Assembly: GCF_009914755.1 (NCBI RefSeq)
Contig: NC_060929.1
Strand: one strand, 5' to 3'
Length of the DNA: 64,000 nucleotides
Source of the DNA: the human T2T-CHM13v2.0 reference genome, Homo sapiens
The translations under genes and the position numbers were made by a program. The notes under the pieces are model-generated. The model did not search any database. It was not told where the DNA came from and was given only the letters and a program-made list of their open reading frames with translations. Below, piece after piece: positions 14,346 through 27,530 of the stretch. Each line of letters begins with the position of its first letter. The first letter of the stretch is position 1.

Positions 14346-14499
14346 GATGACAGATAATGAACATAATGGCTTACAATGTGCAGTCTATGATGTTGTCAGG
14401 TATAGATTTGAATTTAGTAGAGGATGAGGTTGGTCTGTAGGAGAGTCAGCAAGGTATTGAATTAGCTTAGGAAACGACTTGCTGTTCGGAGGGTAAATA

Positions 14500-14763
14500 G
14501 TTTTCTGTGGTGGCATTGGGAATCTTAGAATTCCCACAGCCCCTTCTCCAGCTCTAGTGAAATTTAAGGGCCTACCTTATACAATACTTCTTTATGGACA
14601 CGGCACAGTGCAGCAGTGAGGGCAGGGACTTTATAGCCGGATTCAGTTCAAGTCTCAGACTTGGCACTTACCAGCTATATGACCCTGGGAATATAAATAT
14701 CACTCACTTTCCAAAATCGTGAGGCTTAAAGAAGATCTTAACACAAATCCAAACATAGTAGGT
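14500..14763 (+). repeat. Copy A of an old ~270-bp local duplication (unique sequence plus an internally deleted MIR); copy B is at 16326-16607
   Basis: Shared exact 19-mer GTTTTCTGTGGTGGCATTG at 14500 and 16326, then collinear similarity through acatagtaggt. Confidence 0.75.
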
Positions 14764-15454
14764 GGTCAATAATTGTTATTTATTTTTATTATCATAAAAT
14801 TTCTAAGTGATCTCCTGGACAGTCAAACTGGACCTCTAATTTAGGATAAATACATTAGTTAATATAAGAATAAGACAATGTCTGAAGAAGAGTTAATTAG
14901 GTTTAGAATTCAGTTTAGAAGAAATGCTTTATATTACTGGAAGAAACTGGAGCTGTTAGAGATTACAGTATAAACATCTATAATTGACAGTCAGCTATGT
15001 GGAGATTTTAACACTAGTTTTTATTAAGCTTCTGCGCTGTGAGACTCAACCTCAGTAAAAGCCATCAGGAATCAGACACATACATTTCAGCATGTTGAAA
15101 AGAAGAGATATCAGTTACTGTTGGTGCCTGTATAGCCATCATAACTTCAAAGCGGAACCTGTTTATTTTTATTTTGATAGCATTTAAATAATCCAAAACA
15201 AAGAATTATCTACCTGCAGTTTAAACTAGAATTTTGAGAATTTTGTTTGCTTGCATTTAAAAATAGGCACAGAGGTTTTCGTAAGTTGTAGTTCAATTCT
15301 TCTTTTCAAGTTTAATCATCATGGGTGGCAGCATCCTCAGTACAAAGTATTTTATTGACTTTATCAATGAGCAGCATTTTGTTGAAACAAATTAATCTTT
15401 CCATATTTAAAGGGTCAAATCCTAGAGTATGTCAAGCATTTGTAAGAAATTTAA

Positions 15455-15847
<393 letters not shown>

Positions 15848-16189
15848 TAACTATTTCTATGAGACAGGGAGAAATATGAGGACAATGTAAATATCTCTAA
15901 GCATAGTTCCATGAAGTACCAAGAACAAGAAGTAGTAAGTCTTCTTAAGTGGGAATTATGGAGGGAAAGTTCTCAGTCTTACCAGTGAACTGATAACCAT
16001 GCCCTGTGGGCACTTTCTAGTTCTGATCTAATTTATCTTGCCTGTTGCATATCATATTATTGATCTTTCTTCTAATTATCTCCTATTCCACAGTAATATT
16101 CTTAAAGTTTACCTCCTACTTGTTCAGCTATTTCTTCTCATTTTCATGGATTATTCTGCCCTAAGTTTTCGTCCTCAACCTCTTCTCTA

Positions 16190-16665
16190 TTCTCAAGTTA
16201 CTCCAAGCAGGGTCAGGGGACCATCTGCAACAAAACAACATCTTTAATGCTTGTTAAAATTCAGACTCCTAGGCCCATTTCCACTCTCCTGAGTTAAAAT
16301 CTCTAGGTATGGGAGAGACAAAATTGTTTTCTGTGGTGGCATTGTGAACCTGAGAATTCTCAAAGGCCTCGTTATATGTTCTCTGTGAAATGCAGGGGTC
16401 TATTTTATATAATGCTTGTATTTGAGGCAACATGGTACAGGACAAAGGGGAGAGACTTTACAGCCAGATTGCTTGGGTTCATATTTCAGTTTTGGTATTT
16501 AATAGCTTTGTGACCCTAGGAAAATAAACAGCACCCGCTTGCTGAGATGGTGAGGTTTAAAAGATAACATATGTAAAGGGCTTTATGCAATGTTACACAT
16601 AGTAGGTTCCTTTTTTAACAAGCTTCTTGGTGATTCTAATGCAGACCAAAGATAGAGAACCACTG
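16190..16665. mobile_element. MER5-type hAT MITE, split by a ~280-bp insert
   Basis: Left part gcttgttaaaattcagactcctaggccc...tctctaggtatggg; right part ttttaacaagcttcttggtgattctaatgca...agaaccactg. Confidence 0.7.
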
Positions 16666-17339
16666 GGTGATATCATCCATTGCCAAGATTTCAAATCAAA
16701 TCCATGTTTAGGATGATTATTTTAAACTCTCCAGTGACTTCCCATTGTATAAGATCCTACATCACCTCATCCTTGCTTTTCTTTCCAGCCTCCTCTCTTG
16801 CCTTCCTTTCTACTAAAAACAAGTTGTACAGAAATTTTTCAGTATTCTGTTTTGGCTCTCAGCTTTCCTACTGACTCTTCATTCTTTCTGAAATAACTTT
16901 CCTCTGTAGGCTCCTTTACCAGACTCATCCAGTTCATCTTGTAAGTCTCAGCCTAGATGTCAGAGCCCTCCCAGATCACCAGGTCTAGGTTTGGTGTCTC
17001 TCCTATGAATTCTCATAGCACTCTGATCCTCCCCTAGCATTACATGTATCACATTTTATTGCACTTGCTTAGTTATTTGTTTCTATCCCCTATAAGGTAT
17101 TTCCAGTTCCATGTTGTGGCATTTAATATATGCCTCATTAATAGGTGCTTTACTTACGTAAATTGATAAATGGATGAATGAACAACTCACAGAGATAGGC
17201 TTCCAGATCAGACCTCTTCCCTAAGCCTTCATATCAAACTGGACTTGTGAAAAATGAAACTCCTTATCTTTCCCCATCAAAATGGTTCCTTCCCCTCTCT
17301 GTTCTTTTCAGTAAAATACATAAAAATTTGCCCAATTTC

Positions 17340-18165
17340 GGGCGAAGGATGTGAACAGACACTTTTCAAAAGAAGACATTTATGCAGCCAACAGACGCAT
17401 GAAAAAATGCTCATCATCACTGGCCATCAGAGAAATGCAAATCAAAATCACAATGAGATGCCATCTCACACCAGTTAGAATGGTGATCATTAAAAAGTCA
17501 GGAAACAACAGGTGCTGGAGAGGATGTGGAGAAATAGGAACACTTACACTGTTGGTGGGACTGTAAACTAGTTCAACCATTGTGGAAGACAGTGTGGCGA
17601 TTCCTCAGGGATCTAGAACTAGAAATACCATTTGACCCAGCCATACCATTTCTGGGTATATACCCAAAGGAGTATAAATCATGATGCTATAAAGACACAT
17701 GCACATGTATGTTTATTGTGGCACTATTCACAATAGCAAAGACTTGGAACCAACCCAAATGTCCATCAATGATAGACTGGATTAAGAAAATGTGGCACAT
17801 ACACACCATGGAATGCTATGCAGCCATAAAAAATCGTGAGTTCATGTCCTTTGTAGGGACATGGATGAAGCTGGAAACCATCATTCTGAGCAAACTATCG
17901 CAAGAACAGAAAACCAAACACTGCATGTTCTCACTCATAGGTGGGAATTGAACAATGAGAACACTTGGACACAGGGTGGGGAACATCACACACTGGGGCC
18001 TGTTGTGGGTCGGCAGAAGGGGGAGGGATAGCATTAGGAGATATACCTAATGTAAATGACGAGTTAATGGGTGCAGCACACCAACATGGCACATGTATAC
18101 ATATGTAACAAACCTGCACATTGTGCATAGGTACCCTAAAACTTGAAGTATGATAATAAAAAAAA
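17340..18165 (+). mobile_element. 5'-truncated L1PA (L1PA4-like): ORF2 C-terminus and 3' UTR
   Basis: Translations [14 protein letters not shown]...[11 protein letters not shown] and MFIVALFTIAKTWNQPKCPSMIDWIKKMW; A tail; TSD TTGCCCAATTTC at 17328-17339 and 18166-18177. Confidence 0.96.
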
Positions 18166-18646
18166 TTGCCCAATTTCTAAAGCCAGACTGTTGAGGATTA
18201 TCCAAAGCTGCCCTACCTCCCTTATCCCCGTATCCAATCTGTTATACTGCACATTAGCAATAGCCTAGCTCAGGAGATTTTTCCAAAGTGTGATTATTGA
18301 GATTTGATTCAAGAGGGTATTTTGAGTGTACATGTTTACCTTCCCCCTTTTCTAAAAACTCATCTCATTGAAAAAGAAGTACAAAAGGGAATATATTTAT
18401 AACTGTTCTGAGAACAGGAAGACCAGAGAGCCTGATGACGTTCTGTAACATGAGTAGCAGGTAGAAACTATCATATTAATAGGCAAACAAAAGTAGGAGC
18501 CTCCATTTCAAACAAACATAGGAAAAAGCTCTAACAGAAAGAAAAGCACTGTTCCTGACCATGAAGCCACAGAGAGACTCCAAAGGAACAGGTACAAAGA
18601 TTGGGGATGGATAAGGAAGGTGATTGATTGAAAGACTGTCCACAGG

Positions 18647-18826
18647 CAGTGTTACAAACCTCAGCTGATCATAAGATTAACATGGGGTTCTTGTTAAACA
18701 GAGAGAATCTCTGAACTTATCCCTGAAGACTCTCGTTCAGTGAGTCTGGCAATATAACCCAGGAAGTTGGATTTTTAGCAAGAGTCCCATGTGATTTTTA
18801 TGGCAAACAAGTTTGGGCAATATTGG
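18647..18826. mobile_element. MER5A-type hAT MITE
   Basis: cagtgttacaaacc...cttgttaaacagaga...ttcagtgagtctgg...tttttagcaag...aagtttgggcaatattg. Confidence 0.65.
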
Positions 18827-19301
18827 AATATGGACAGCTCTTTGTTCAGGAACCACATTCCTGCCACTCCCACACAGATTGATGTGGCATACAGAATTAG
18901 CGTTTGCCCCACATTCCATATTTAAATCAGATAATTAACTTCCAAAGAGATGTTAAAATCATCTGGGATAACTAACAGAGATAGTAGCACCCCAAAATAA
19001 GGCTGTCCACATTCTAGCATTTGGAAATGCCAGATACTTCCCCGGCTGAGCATCTGAAAGTGAGTCCTGCCAGTCTGTGCACCCAACCACACACAGAGAG
19101 CTCTGCTAGTCCCTCTACTCAAGGAAAAGCCTTATTAGGGCAAACAGATAGGGAGTTAGTCATGTTAACTCCCTAGACAGGCATACATGTAAATAAAAAC
19201 CTAAACTCACCAAACATTTGAAGAAAAAATGATAGTATCAAAGAGAGAAAAAAAGCGGAACAAGTAGAATCTAACAAACCTTAAAAAACAAAAAGCAGAG
19301 A

Positions 19302-20168
19302 TGTGATGGATGCTGAGATAAACCACACAGATCCCTCTTCAGAAACAAATGATTTATTCTCCAGTTGCTGGGAGAGCTGCCCCCAGAAAGCCATAAGGGA
19401 TTGCATTGGCTGAAGACAGCCACCTCACCCAAGATCATACTCCTTCCTGATGGCTACCATATCCAGTGACTGGGAAGCATGGATATATAAAGTCCTAGCC
19501 TCCTTATCCCAATGTGGAGAAACACTGAAGAGTCATCCCTGCAGGATAGTTCTCTAGGTGGCTGTGGATTGGCTCTGTTCTCCCCTATTTCTTGCTTAAG
19601 AATAACTATAGAATGTGCTGGGAATGCAGCATCCTGAGATGGGTGTGGAGAGAAGCTGGCAAGAACAGCCTGGGCTCTGTCCCAATCTCCCACTAGAACA
19701 GGATGACCTTCAACACTTTAGCCCAGTGATCATGTGGCCCTGAGACTTAGGGTAGGCTGCTTCCCAGGGTCCCTGAGCTGTGATGCAAGTGGGGCGTGCA
19801 GGGGATCTCCATGCACCCCAAGTAGCTTTTTGAGCCTTGGGGGACCAATTCATAATGAACCCTAGGCTTCTGTTGTCCCTTGCTGCCTATCTGTAAGTAA
19901 TAAACTTGCTTCATGTAACTTTCTGCACATGAGTATGCTCTCTCTCACCAGACTTAGAAAAGTTGGTAATCAGAGCACAGCGAACCTGCTTCACAATCCC
20001 AGCTTCAGAACTCCCCAAAGCTTGGATGAAAACTCCACTGAGATTGCATTGGAGCTCAACTTTTCCCTCTGCTCAGTCCTGAATCCTTTTCTTCTCTTCA
20101 CTTCCTCAGGTGTTGATCCCAAGGATACTTCCTAATAAACCTCCTGCATGCCAATCTGGAACAAGACA
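19302..20168 (+). mobile_element. LTR16-type ERVL LTR, interrupted by a second LTR
   Basis: gggattgcattggctgaagacagccacctcacccaag before the nested LTR; ggtgttgatcccaag...cctaataaacctcctgcatgc after it. Confidence 0.65.
19540..19995 (+). mobile_element. Solo ERVL LTR (LTR47-like)
   Basis: TG...CA termini; perfect 5-bp TSD ATCCC at 19535-19539 and 19996-20000; internal ctatctgtaagtAATAAA and terminal gaacctgcttcaca. Confidence 0.85.
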
Positions 20169-20769
20169 ATATTTAGTAAATAGAAAAAAAAAGATTAAAA
20201 AAAACTTCAGGGAGATTGAGTTTACACATGTATAAAACAAAAACATGCAACTATGGAAAAGATGAGAAGAAAAATAAAGAGGTACTGGAAATTTACAATA
20301 TAATATTTGAAATAAAGAATTTAATTTAAAAAACAGAACCAAGTTGAGAATATATCACAAAAAGTACAATAGAAAAATAGATCATAAATACAAGAAAAAC
20401 TTAAGAGATACAGAGTTACTCTAGGAGGTCTAATATTCATACAACTAAGTCTGAAAATGATTTTTTAAAGAAAGGAAGAGAAATAATCAAGAAACAAGTA
20501 GAACAAAATATCCATAGGTGGAGAAGGGTCATCTCTAGATCAAATGTACCACAACATGATAAGCAGAATGAATTTTAAAAAGACCTATAACTGTATATTC
20601 CTTCCAAAATTTCTGAACACCAAGATTTCCAGATAGTTTTGTAAAAACTTCCAGTATGAAAGAATAGAAGTTTAAAATAAATATGAATGAGAATGACATC
20701 TCACTACTGATGCTAGAGGAAAATGACACAATATTGGTAAGAGTGTTTTCTTTCTGATGGTTTTGAATA

Positions 20770-21093
20770 AAGGTAGAATCTGTCTTCCTACCTTTTACCT
20801 TTTTCAGCTTCTAGAAGCCACCCACATTCCTTAGCTTGGATCCTTTCCTCAAATCAATTCAACTTCTTGCTTCCATTGTCACAACTACCAATGACTCTGA
20901 TCCTCTTGTTGCTCTCTTATAAGGACACTTATGATTACATTGGATGCACCAGATAATCCAGGGGCCTGTCTCCATCTCAGGATAATTAATGTATCACATT
21001 TGCAAAGTCCCTTTTAGCATATTAAGGTCATATATTCACAGGTTCCAGGAATTGGAACATAGATATCTTGGGGGCCATTATTCAGCCTACCAC
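20770..21093 (-). mobile_element. MLT1C/D-type MaLR LTR fragment
   Basis: aaggacacttatgattacattgg...ataatccagg...attcacaggttccagg...ggggccattattcagcctaccaca. Confidence 0.75.
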
Positions 21094-22008
21094 AGTCCCA
21101 TTCTAACATCCTGTTTTCCATGTGTTGGTTTTATTCAGAAAAAGTTTGTGATTATTATTAATCTGACACTTAATTTTATTGATTCAACTCTCCTAAATGG
21201 CTCTAAATAGTCAACAACTCCTTTCTGCCGCTGTCTTTGTTCAGTCTTTTCTCATTTTTGGCCTACACTACATCAGTGGTGAGCTGTTGGATCTCTCACC
21301 TAGTCCATCTTCCTTCCTCCATTATGGTTATGGGATTGAATTTACCGAAAGCAAGCCAATCTGCTACTCCCCTATATAACATAAAATGTATCTTCATGGC
21401 CTTCAGAATAAATTCTAAATCCATTTGTGTTTGGCCACTGGCTACCTCTCTCTTCCCTCATCCACTAGCAATTCCCAAACATACTGTTACATGTGCTTCA
21501 TACACTTTCCTGAATGGGCCACATTCTGTCGTTTCTTTTCTAGCACTTCTGCTTTGTTTTTGTTTTTGTTTTTGTTTTTTGCCTGGAAGACCCATCCCCT
21601 TCCTCAGTCTGACCTCTTTCCAGGTGTCCCTCAAGACTCAGTTCATTCACACTTTATGCCTTCTTGTAAGCCTTACCTGACCACATTCCTGGGCTCTTCA
21701 CTTCTCTCCTGCAGACTTCTTCATGATACTGAAAGACCTTCAACTGCAGCCTGCATGTCTCTGTACTATAAGCATTGGCTTATTTGTCTGTCATTATAAA
21801 TTGTCTATGGAGATTCTTTGAGGACATTGACAATGTAATCTATTTCTATGTCTTGGCAGAAGGCCTGGCATACCCTCAAAATAGTATTTCTTGGGTGAAT
21901 GAATAAACTCTGATATGTTTTGGCCAATCACCTTTTTATAGCTGTTACTCAGTATCTTTTCTTTAAATCTATCTAGAGTTTTCCCAGATATCTATATGGA
22001 CAAACTTT

Positions 22009-22011
<3 letters not shown>

Positions 22012-22052
<41 letters not shown>
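22012..22052. repeat. (AC)n microsatellite, about 20 units
   Basis: Seen directly. Confidence 0.97.
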
Positions 22053-22055
<3 letters not shown>

Positions 22056-22469
22056 CACTTTCTACTATCTATTCTAACCATTGAGTTGGCAAATATCCAT
22101 TAGCATACATTTTGCACACCAAGTGCACAATATATACTTGAGTTAAAATAGACTGAAGTTGTATCAAAAAACCACTGTGGAAAATGAAGGAAAACTGGAG
22201 ATTTCTTCCCAAGAAGTTTCCTTCAAATTTTACTATTTTAAATTATAAGAAAGCTAACCTGACCATCACAAGCATATCTCATGTTTGTACATCATGTCAC
22301 AGTTTTCACAGGTTTTAAAATCAAGTCTCCATTTGATTTTCAAGATGGTGTGAGACAGACTAGGTATATATTATCCCAATTTCAGAGATGCAAGAATAGA
22401 AGCTTAAGAGAGTGTGAGTTCTTAAAAGGAATTCACAAAAATTAGAAGTTTTAAAATGGAAAGTAGAAC

Positions 22470-22626
22470 AGTGGACTCATCTGAAAAGTTTGTGAAAATA
22501 CTGATGCCTGATCCTCCCCCCAAAACAAGTAAATTAGACTTTTGGGGAAAGAGGGTATCTCTGGCATCTGTATGTTTTGAAAGCTCACCAGATATTTCTA
22601 CTAGGCAGCCGGAGTTGAGAAGCACT
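22470..22626. mobile_element. MER5A-type hAT MITE
   Basis: tttgtgaaaatactgatgcctga...ggcatctgtatgttttgaaagctcaccagatatttcta...ttgagaagcact. Confidence 0.65.
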
Positions 22627-24819
22627 CAATTAGAAGCCAGGTGTTGTGATTTTACTTCTATGGTCTTTATTGAACGGCATAATGCCAAGTCACATAGGTA
22701 GTATATTATATCACCCAACTGGTGATGGCATTAGGTTACTTTTGTTATGGTGCCTCAGTGTAGTAAAGATAAAAATTTTTACTTGGTTTCACCAGTTGAG
22801 TTAATATTTGTTAATGCTTTTTAAGGAGAGGGTAAGATGGCCAACATTTAAATAGCATTCAAGACTTCAGTTCTAAGCATGTATTTTCCTAGCACCTTGA
22901 TAACTAATAACAAGTCTGACTGTGGGAAAGAAGGGAATGGGTGGAAAAATGGGGAGGCAGGCATGATATATGGCAACAAATGTGTTCCATGTCTCTTAGA
23001 TACTGCAAGAGAATGATTCCTAACCAAACCCAACCCAAATGCTGTCTCTCAAGTAATTGAGGAAAGTTCCTAACCCCCCTTAACTTGAGGTTTCCTCATT
23101 TGCACAGGGCATATTGATGGTAGCTTGGTAGATCACTTAAAATATTAGTTCCTGAAAACAGAATGATAAACGTGTCTCCATGTCATTGTCACATGAGGCT
23201 GATTGGTAGGTAATGCAAACCTCACAAGGGCATTCTAAGGAGTAAACAATGATTACATAGCTCTTGGAACTACAAATAGCACTCATTAAAAAATGTTACC
23301 ATGCACATGCTTTCTGCCAAGGTAAACTGTAATTTACACTTTTACCCTAGGCATAATTGCTAGTTTATTCTTTTTTTCTATTCACACCCATCTATCCCTC
23401 CCTTGGGCTTCAAAAAAGCCACAAGAGTTTTTATGAAAATCATCTTTAAAACATGTATTTACCCTCTTTTTGAACCCTCAAACTAGCTCTTTATTACTCC
23501 AGGGCATTTTAAATTCTTCTAAATTTGTTTTGGAGGCTATGGGTGTACTCTCCCCTCTGTATGCATTCATAACCCCCAGTAACTTCCATGGGAATCAGAT
23601 ACACATGTATCAAAGTGAAACGAGGCTCTTGTACATGTTTAAATCTGATTAAAATCTATTTGTGATAAAATTAAAAGTAAGAACTAAAATCTAGGGAAAA
23701 GAGTATAAAAAATATGAGATCATGTTGTGCATAATTAAAGGAGTTTACATTTATGGATAACTAAAATGGCATACAATCCCCGGCACTATTTCCAATATGT
23801 CCTCAGTTTCAAGTTATTTACTGTAAAGCGCCCATATTTTAAAATGAAATGTGTGTAACTGTCTCACAAACTATGCTTGGCCCTGTATATCTTGGTTCTG
23901 TGTCATAAATACAGAAAAGCAAAAACACTGTTTTGACCAATATTAAGTCACCTGTGGGTAGAATTTGATCTTACCTATTTACTGTCAGATTTTAAAATTA
24001 TGTCATAAACACTTCCAAAATTTGCATATATAAGTCTGCCTACATATATGCCCATGAAAATTGAGTAATGGAGTTCCAAACAGTCCAATTTTTTCTTATA
24101 AAACCAGATCTGTGTAGTGCATACCCTCTATGAACATTACTAGGAGGCAAATACAAACTTTACATACATATTTTAGTGATCCTTTGAAATGTTTGCTTTG
24201 AAATACAGATATATCATACATGCAAATAAATACACTAATTCATCCATGCATTTAATGATATGAAGTCAACTCTAAACCCCACAGCAGTAAGAGGTTCAAT
24301 ATTAAAATTCATTTCCACTTTACAAATAAACACTGTGCACTGCTCAGATAAAATGTGAGAAAATATGAAACTAGGTGTTTTTCAAACGTAGTTTAAAATA
24401 AATGGATCTTTACTGACCAACATAGTCAGTCTGGAGAAATCTGGTAAGGTATTTCTTCAACTGTGCTAAGTTAGTGTTTAGTCATGAGCTAAGTAAATAA
24501 TACTTTATTAAATCATACTCTTATGAAAGGAAAGCATCAAATGCAGCTTTCAGAAGCACCCAAGGAACATCTAGGAAGTCAATAGCTTGGGAGAATATGT
24601 TTTTCCCTTATATAGGAAATTACAATGTAACTAGATTTGAAATAAGCATTGTAAAGTTAACAGATATGTATGATGGGATACAGATGTTTTAGTAATGCGC
24701 TATTCTAAGCACAATATGATTTTCCATTCCCTAACCATATTTGAATGGAGACGAGTTAGGCTATTTGAAAATACTGAAGATCTTCACCTTTTTGCACTCT
24801 CTTAAATTTTTCACATTCT

Positions 24820-24960
24820 CCTTTGGAGCAGCTGCAGTCTATCTTATCAAATGAACTGAGCTACCCAGTCTCAATACAGAGCGTTTAATTAAAGTGGCTA
24901 TACAATGGCAACTGTTTTACAGAGATGTCAGATGACTTTTGCTAACACTTTTGCAATAAC
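24820..24960. promoter_or_regulatory. Candidate enhancer (motif cluster)
   Basis: CAGCTG 24829-24834, TTAATTAA 24885-24892, ACAATGG 24902-24908, RFX half-site ATGGCAAC 24905-24912, TGTCA/CAGATG 24926-24934, all in unique sequence. Confidence 0.3.
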
Positions 24961-26279
24961 TATAGTAATTGATACCATTCATTAAACCCCTACTACAGTG
25001 TAAGGACTGTGATAAATACTTTATAAACAGATTTGCTAACCCTTAAAAGTAAGTTTACAAAATACGTATTTTACAGATTAGTCAGATGATAGTGTGTGAG
25101 TAGTAGAGCAGGATTCACATCTAAGGTCAACAGTCTCCAGTGCTGAGCTCCCCTCTACCTCCTGTGGACTCCCCCAGTGTCAGAACCTCACACACTTCAC
25201 AAAGTGGATACCTACATTCAGGTTCTGACACTGTTTAGGAAAATCCCATAGAATGTGGCCAAATCAGCACCACTTTTTAATTTGGCTCAAGTTAAAGAGC
25301 CAATTGAAAGCTATCCAGCCAGGAATTGATGGAATGAGATTTAAGAAAGGAGGTCATAAGAGAGGACACCTGAAACTAGACTTAACTCCCTACAAATTAC
25401 AATTCAATGTTCACCCTCCTCTCTTTCTTCAAAATGCTAAAATAGCAAAAAGAATACACAAAAATCGATAGTAAAGACCAGAAATACATTGGAATCTCCA
25501 GCTCATGGCATGACAATATTTCAGGGAGAAAAATTTTAATTCTTACCTAGGAGCCACTTATGAAAAACATGAATATTCACACCTTCTTTAAATTAAGATC
25601 TATTTATAAACTGTTGCTTATCCTTAAATTACACTTAAATTCTTCCTAAAGATCAGATCTTGATAACGAACTTATAGTAAAAAAGAATAACATGTAGTAA
25701 AAAATAAAGAGTTGTTTTTCTGTTTTTGTGTCTTTTTTAAGCTAAAAGGGACCTTAGGGAATTGGTTTGTCTAATCCCCTCATTTAAATGGAGGAAAAAA
25801 ACAATTATTGGTATTTTGTTTAGATATAAGAGTATTACTATGACATCTTACTATAAATGTTCTCATTTCATCCAAACATAAGAAGATTGTGTTGGGGATT
25901 ACCTTTTTAAAAAGCCATTACATTGCATTATATTCTTTGTCTCATGACATCCTCCTGGTCAGCTATGTATGGCATAAGTGTGATGTGATGACTACTCTGG
26001 GTCCAGTGTAAACTAAGCCAATGTTATTATTACTAACTTTTTCTATTTGGTTGCATATATGCATCCACAAATCACAATTTGTCCTCATTTCTTGCCTTAC
26101 CATAATCTCTGAAAGGGCACGACCCTGTCTGTTTTATTTGCCACTGTCACCAGAACTTAGGACAGTGTCAGACCCATAGTAGAAAGATAATAAATACTCC
26201 TTGAATGAATACAATGCCAACTTTTCTGCCAAAAATAAGCAAAGGTGAATCTTAAAACTAACATTTGCCTCTCTCCCTT

Positions 26280-27530
26280 ACCTAGGCAAATAGTCCATCA
26301 TCAAGTCCTCTCAACTTTCCTTACTAGTTCTTCAATCTATTTCCACGACCATCCCTCTAGTCCAAGCAAGTTACCAGGCTCTTGTCTCAAATAAAGTGAA
26401 AAATCTACTCCCTGGCCCCTCCCAGTCCTCTCTGGCTTGACATGGATCAGGTCTCCACACGCTGCAGCTGAAAGACCCATGATGACATATGGCTGACTGG
26501 GTCACAGCCCCTTATTCATTTCTTAGGGCTGCTATAACAATTTCCCACAAACCCGGTGGCTTAAAACAACAAGAATTTATTTTCTTATAGTTCTGGAGGC
26601 CAGAGTCTGAAATCAAGGTGTCTACAGGGTTGTGTTTCTTCCAGAGGCTCTAGGAGGCAATCTGTTCCTTGCCTCTCCATTCTCTGATGGCTGTCATCAT
26701 TCCTTGACTGTAGCTTCTCACTCCTATCTCTGCCTCCATCTTCACATGGCCCTCTCCTTTGGGGTCCTTCTCTTTTGTCTCTTAGAAGGACGTGTCATTG
26801 GATTTAGGGGCCACTGGGATAACACAGGAGAACTCCATCACAAGATCCTTCACTTAATTATGTCTACAAAGGCCCTTTTCCCAAATGAGATTACATTCAC
26901 AGGTTCCAAGAGTTAGCACATGGACATAGCTTCATGGGGGCCACCATTAAACCTACTACACTTCCTTTCTCAAGATATTTCCACAATTGCCACTTTCTCT
27001 TAGGATAAAGGCCAAGGTAGATAAATGGACTAAAAAATCCTTGAGTGGTTTGGCCCTCGATTCATCTTGTGCTTCTTTCCTAAACAACTTCAACTTTTGC
27101 TTTATTTCCATTTCTCCCCTCAGTATCTTCCTCCCACCTGGGGCAGTTGCAAATGCTTTTTCTTCTACAAATGGAAAACTCCTTCATACACCACCCTACT
27201 CAACCTTTTGCAGAGCCTTCCCTAGCACCCCAACCTCACCCCTAGACAAAGCCTGCTTGCTCTGTTATACTGAGCAGCAAATTGCTTTCCATAAAGACAT
27301 ATCTGTTTGTAATTATTCTTTCATGAGTATGATGATATGATTAATGCCTGGCTCCTCCACTTGTCTGAAGCTTCATGACAGCAAGAATCATATATGTTGT
27401 TTAGTTTTTTTGTTTGTTTGTTTGTTTGTTTGTTTTTACCTGCTAACGTATTTTAGATACTAGCACAGGGCTTAACACATACTAGGAAGGCAGCAAATGT
27501 TTGTTTATAAATAAATGAATGAATGAATTA
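26280..27530 (+). mobile_element. L2 fragment, interrupted by MLT1C
   Basis: L2-type 3' end tagcacagggcttaacacatactagg...aaatgtttg...aatgaatgaatgaa. Confidence 0.6.
26512..26960 (-). mobile_element. MLT1C-type MaLR solo LTR
   Basis: tagggctgctataacaa...ggtggcttaaaacaac...ttctggaggccagagtctgaaatcaaggtgtc...gggggccaccattaaacctactaca. Confidence 0.85.

Noticed and set aside
21237-21799. 147-aa and 124-aa hydrophobic ORFs
   Set aside because: They lie in pyrimidine-rich L2-like sequence with a (TTTTTG)n tract, so hydrophobicity is a composition artefact.
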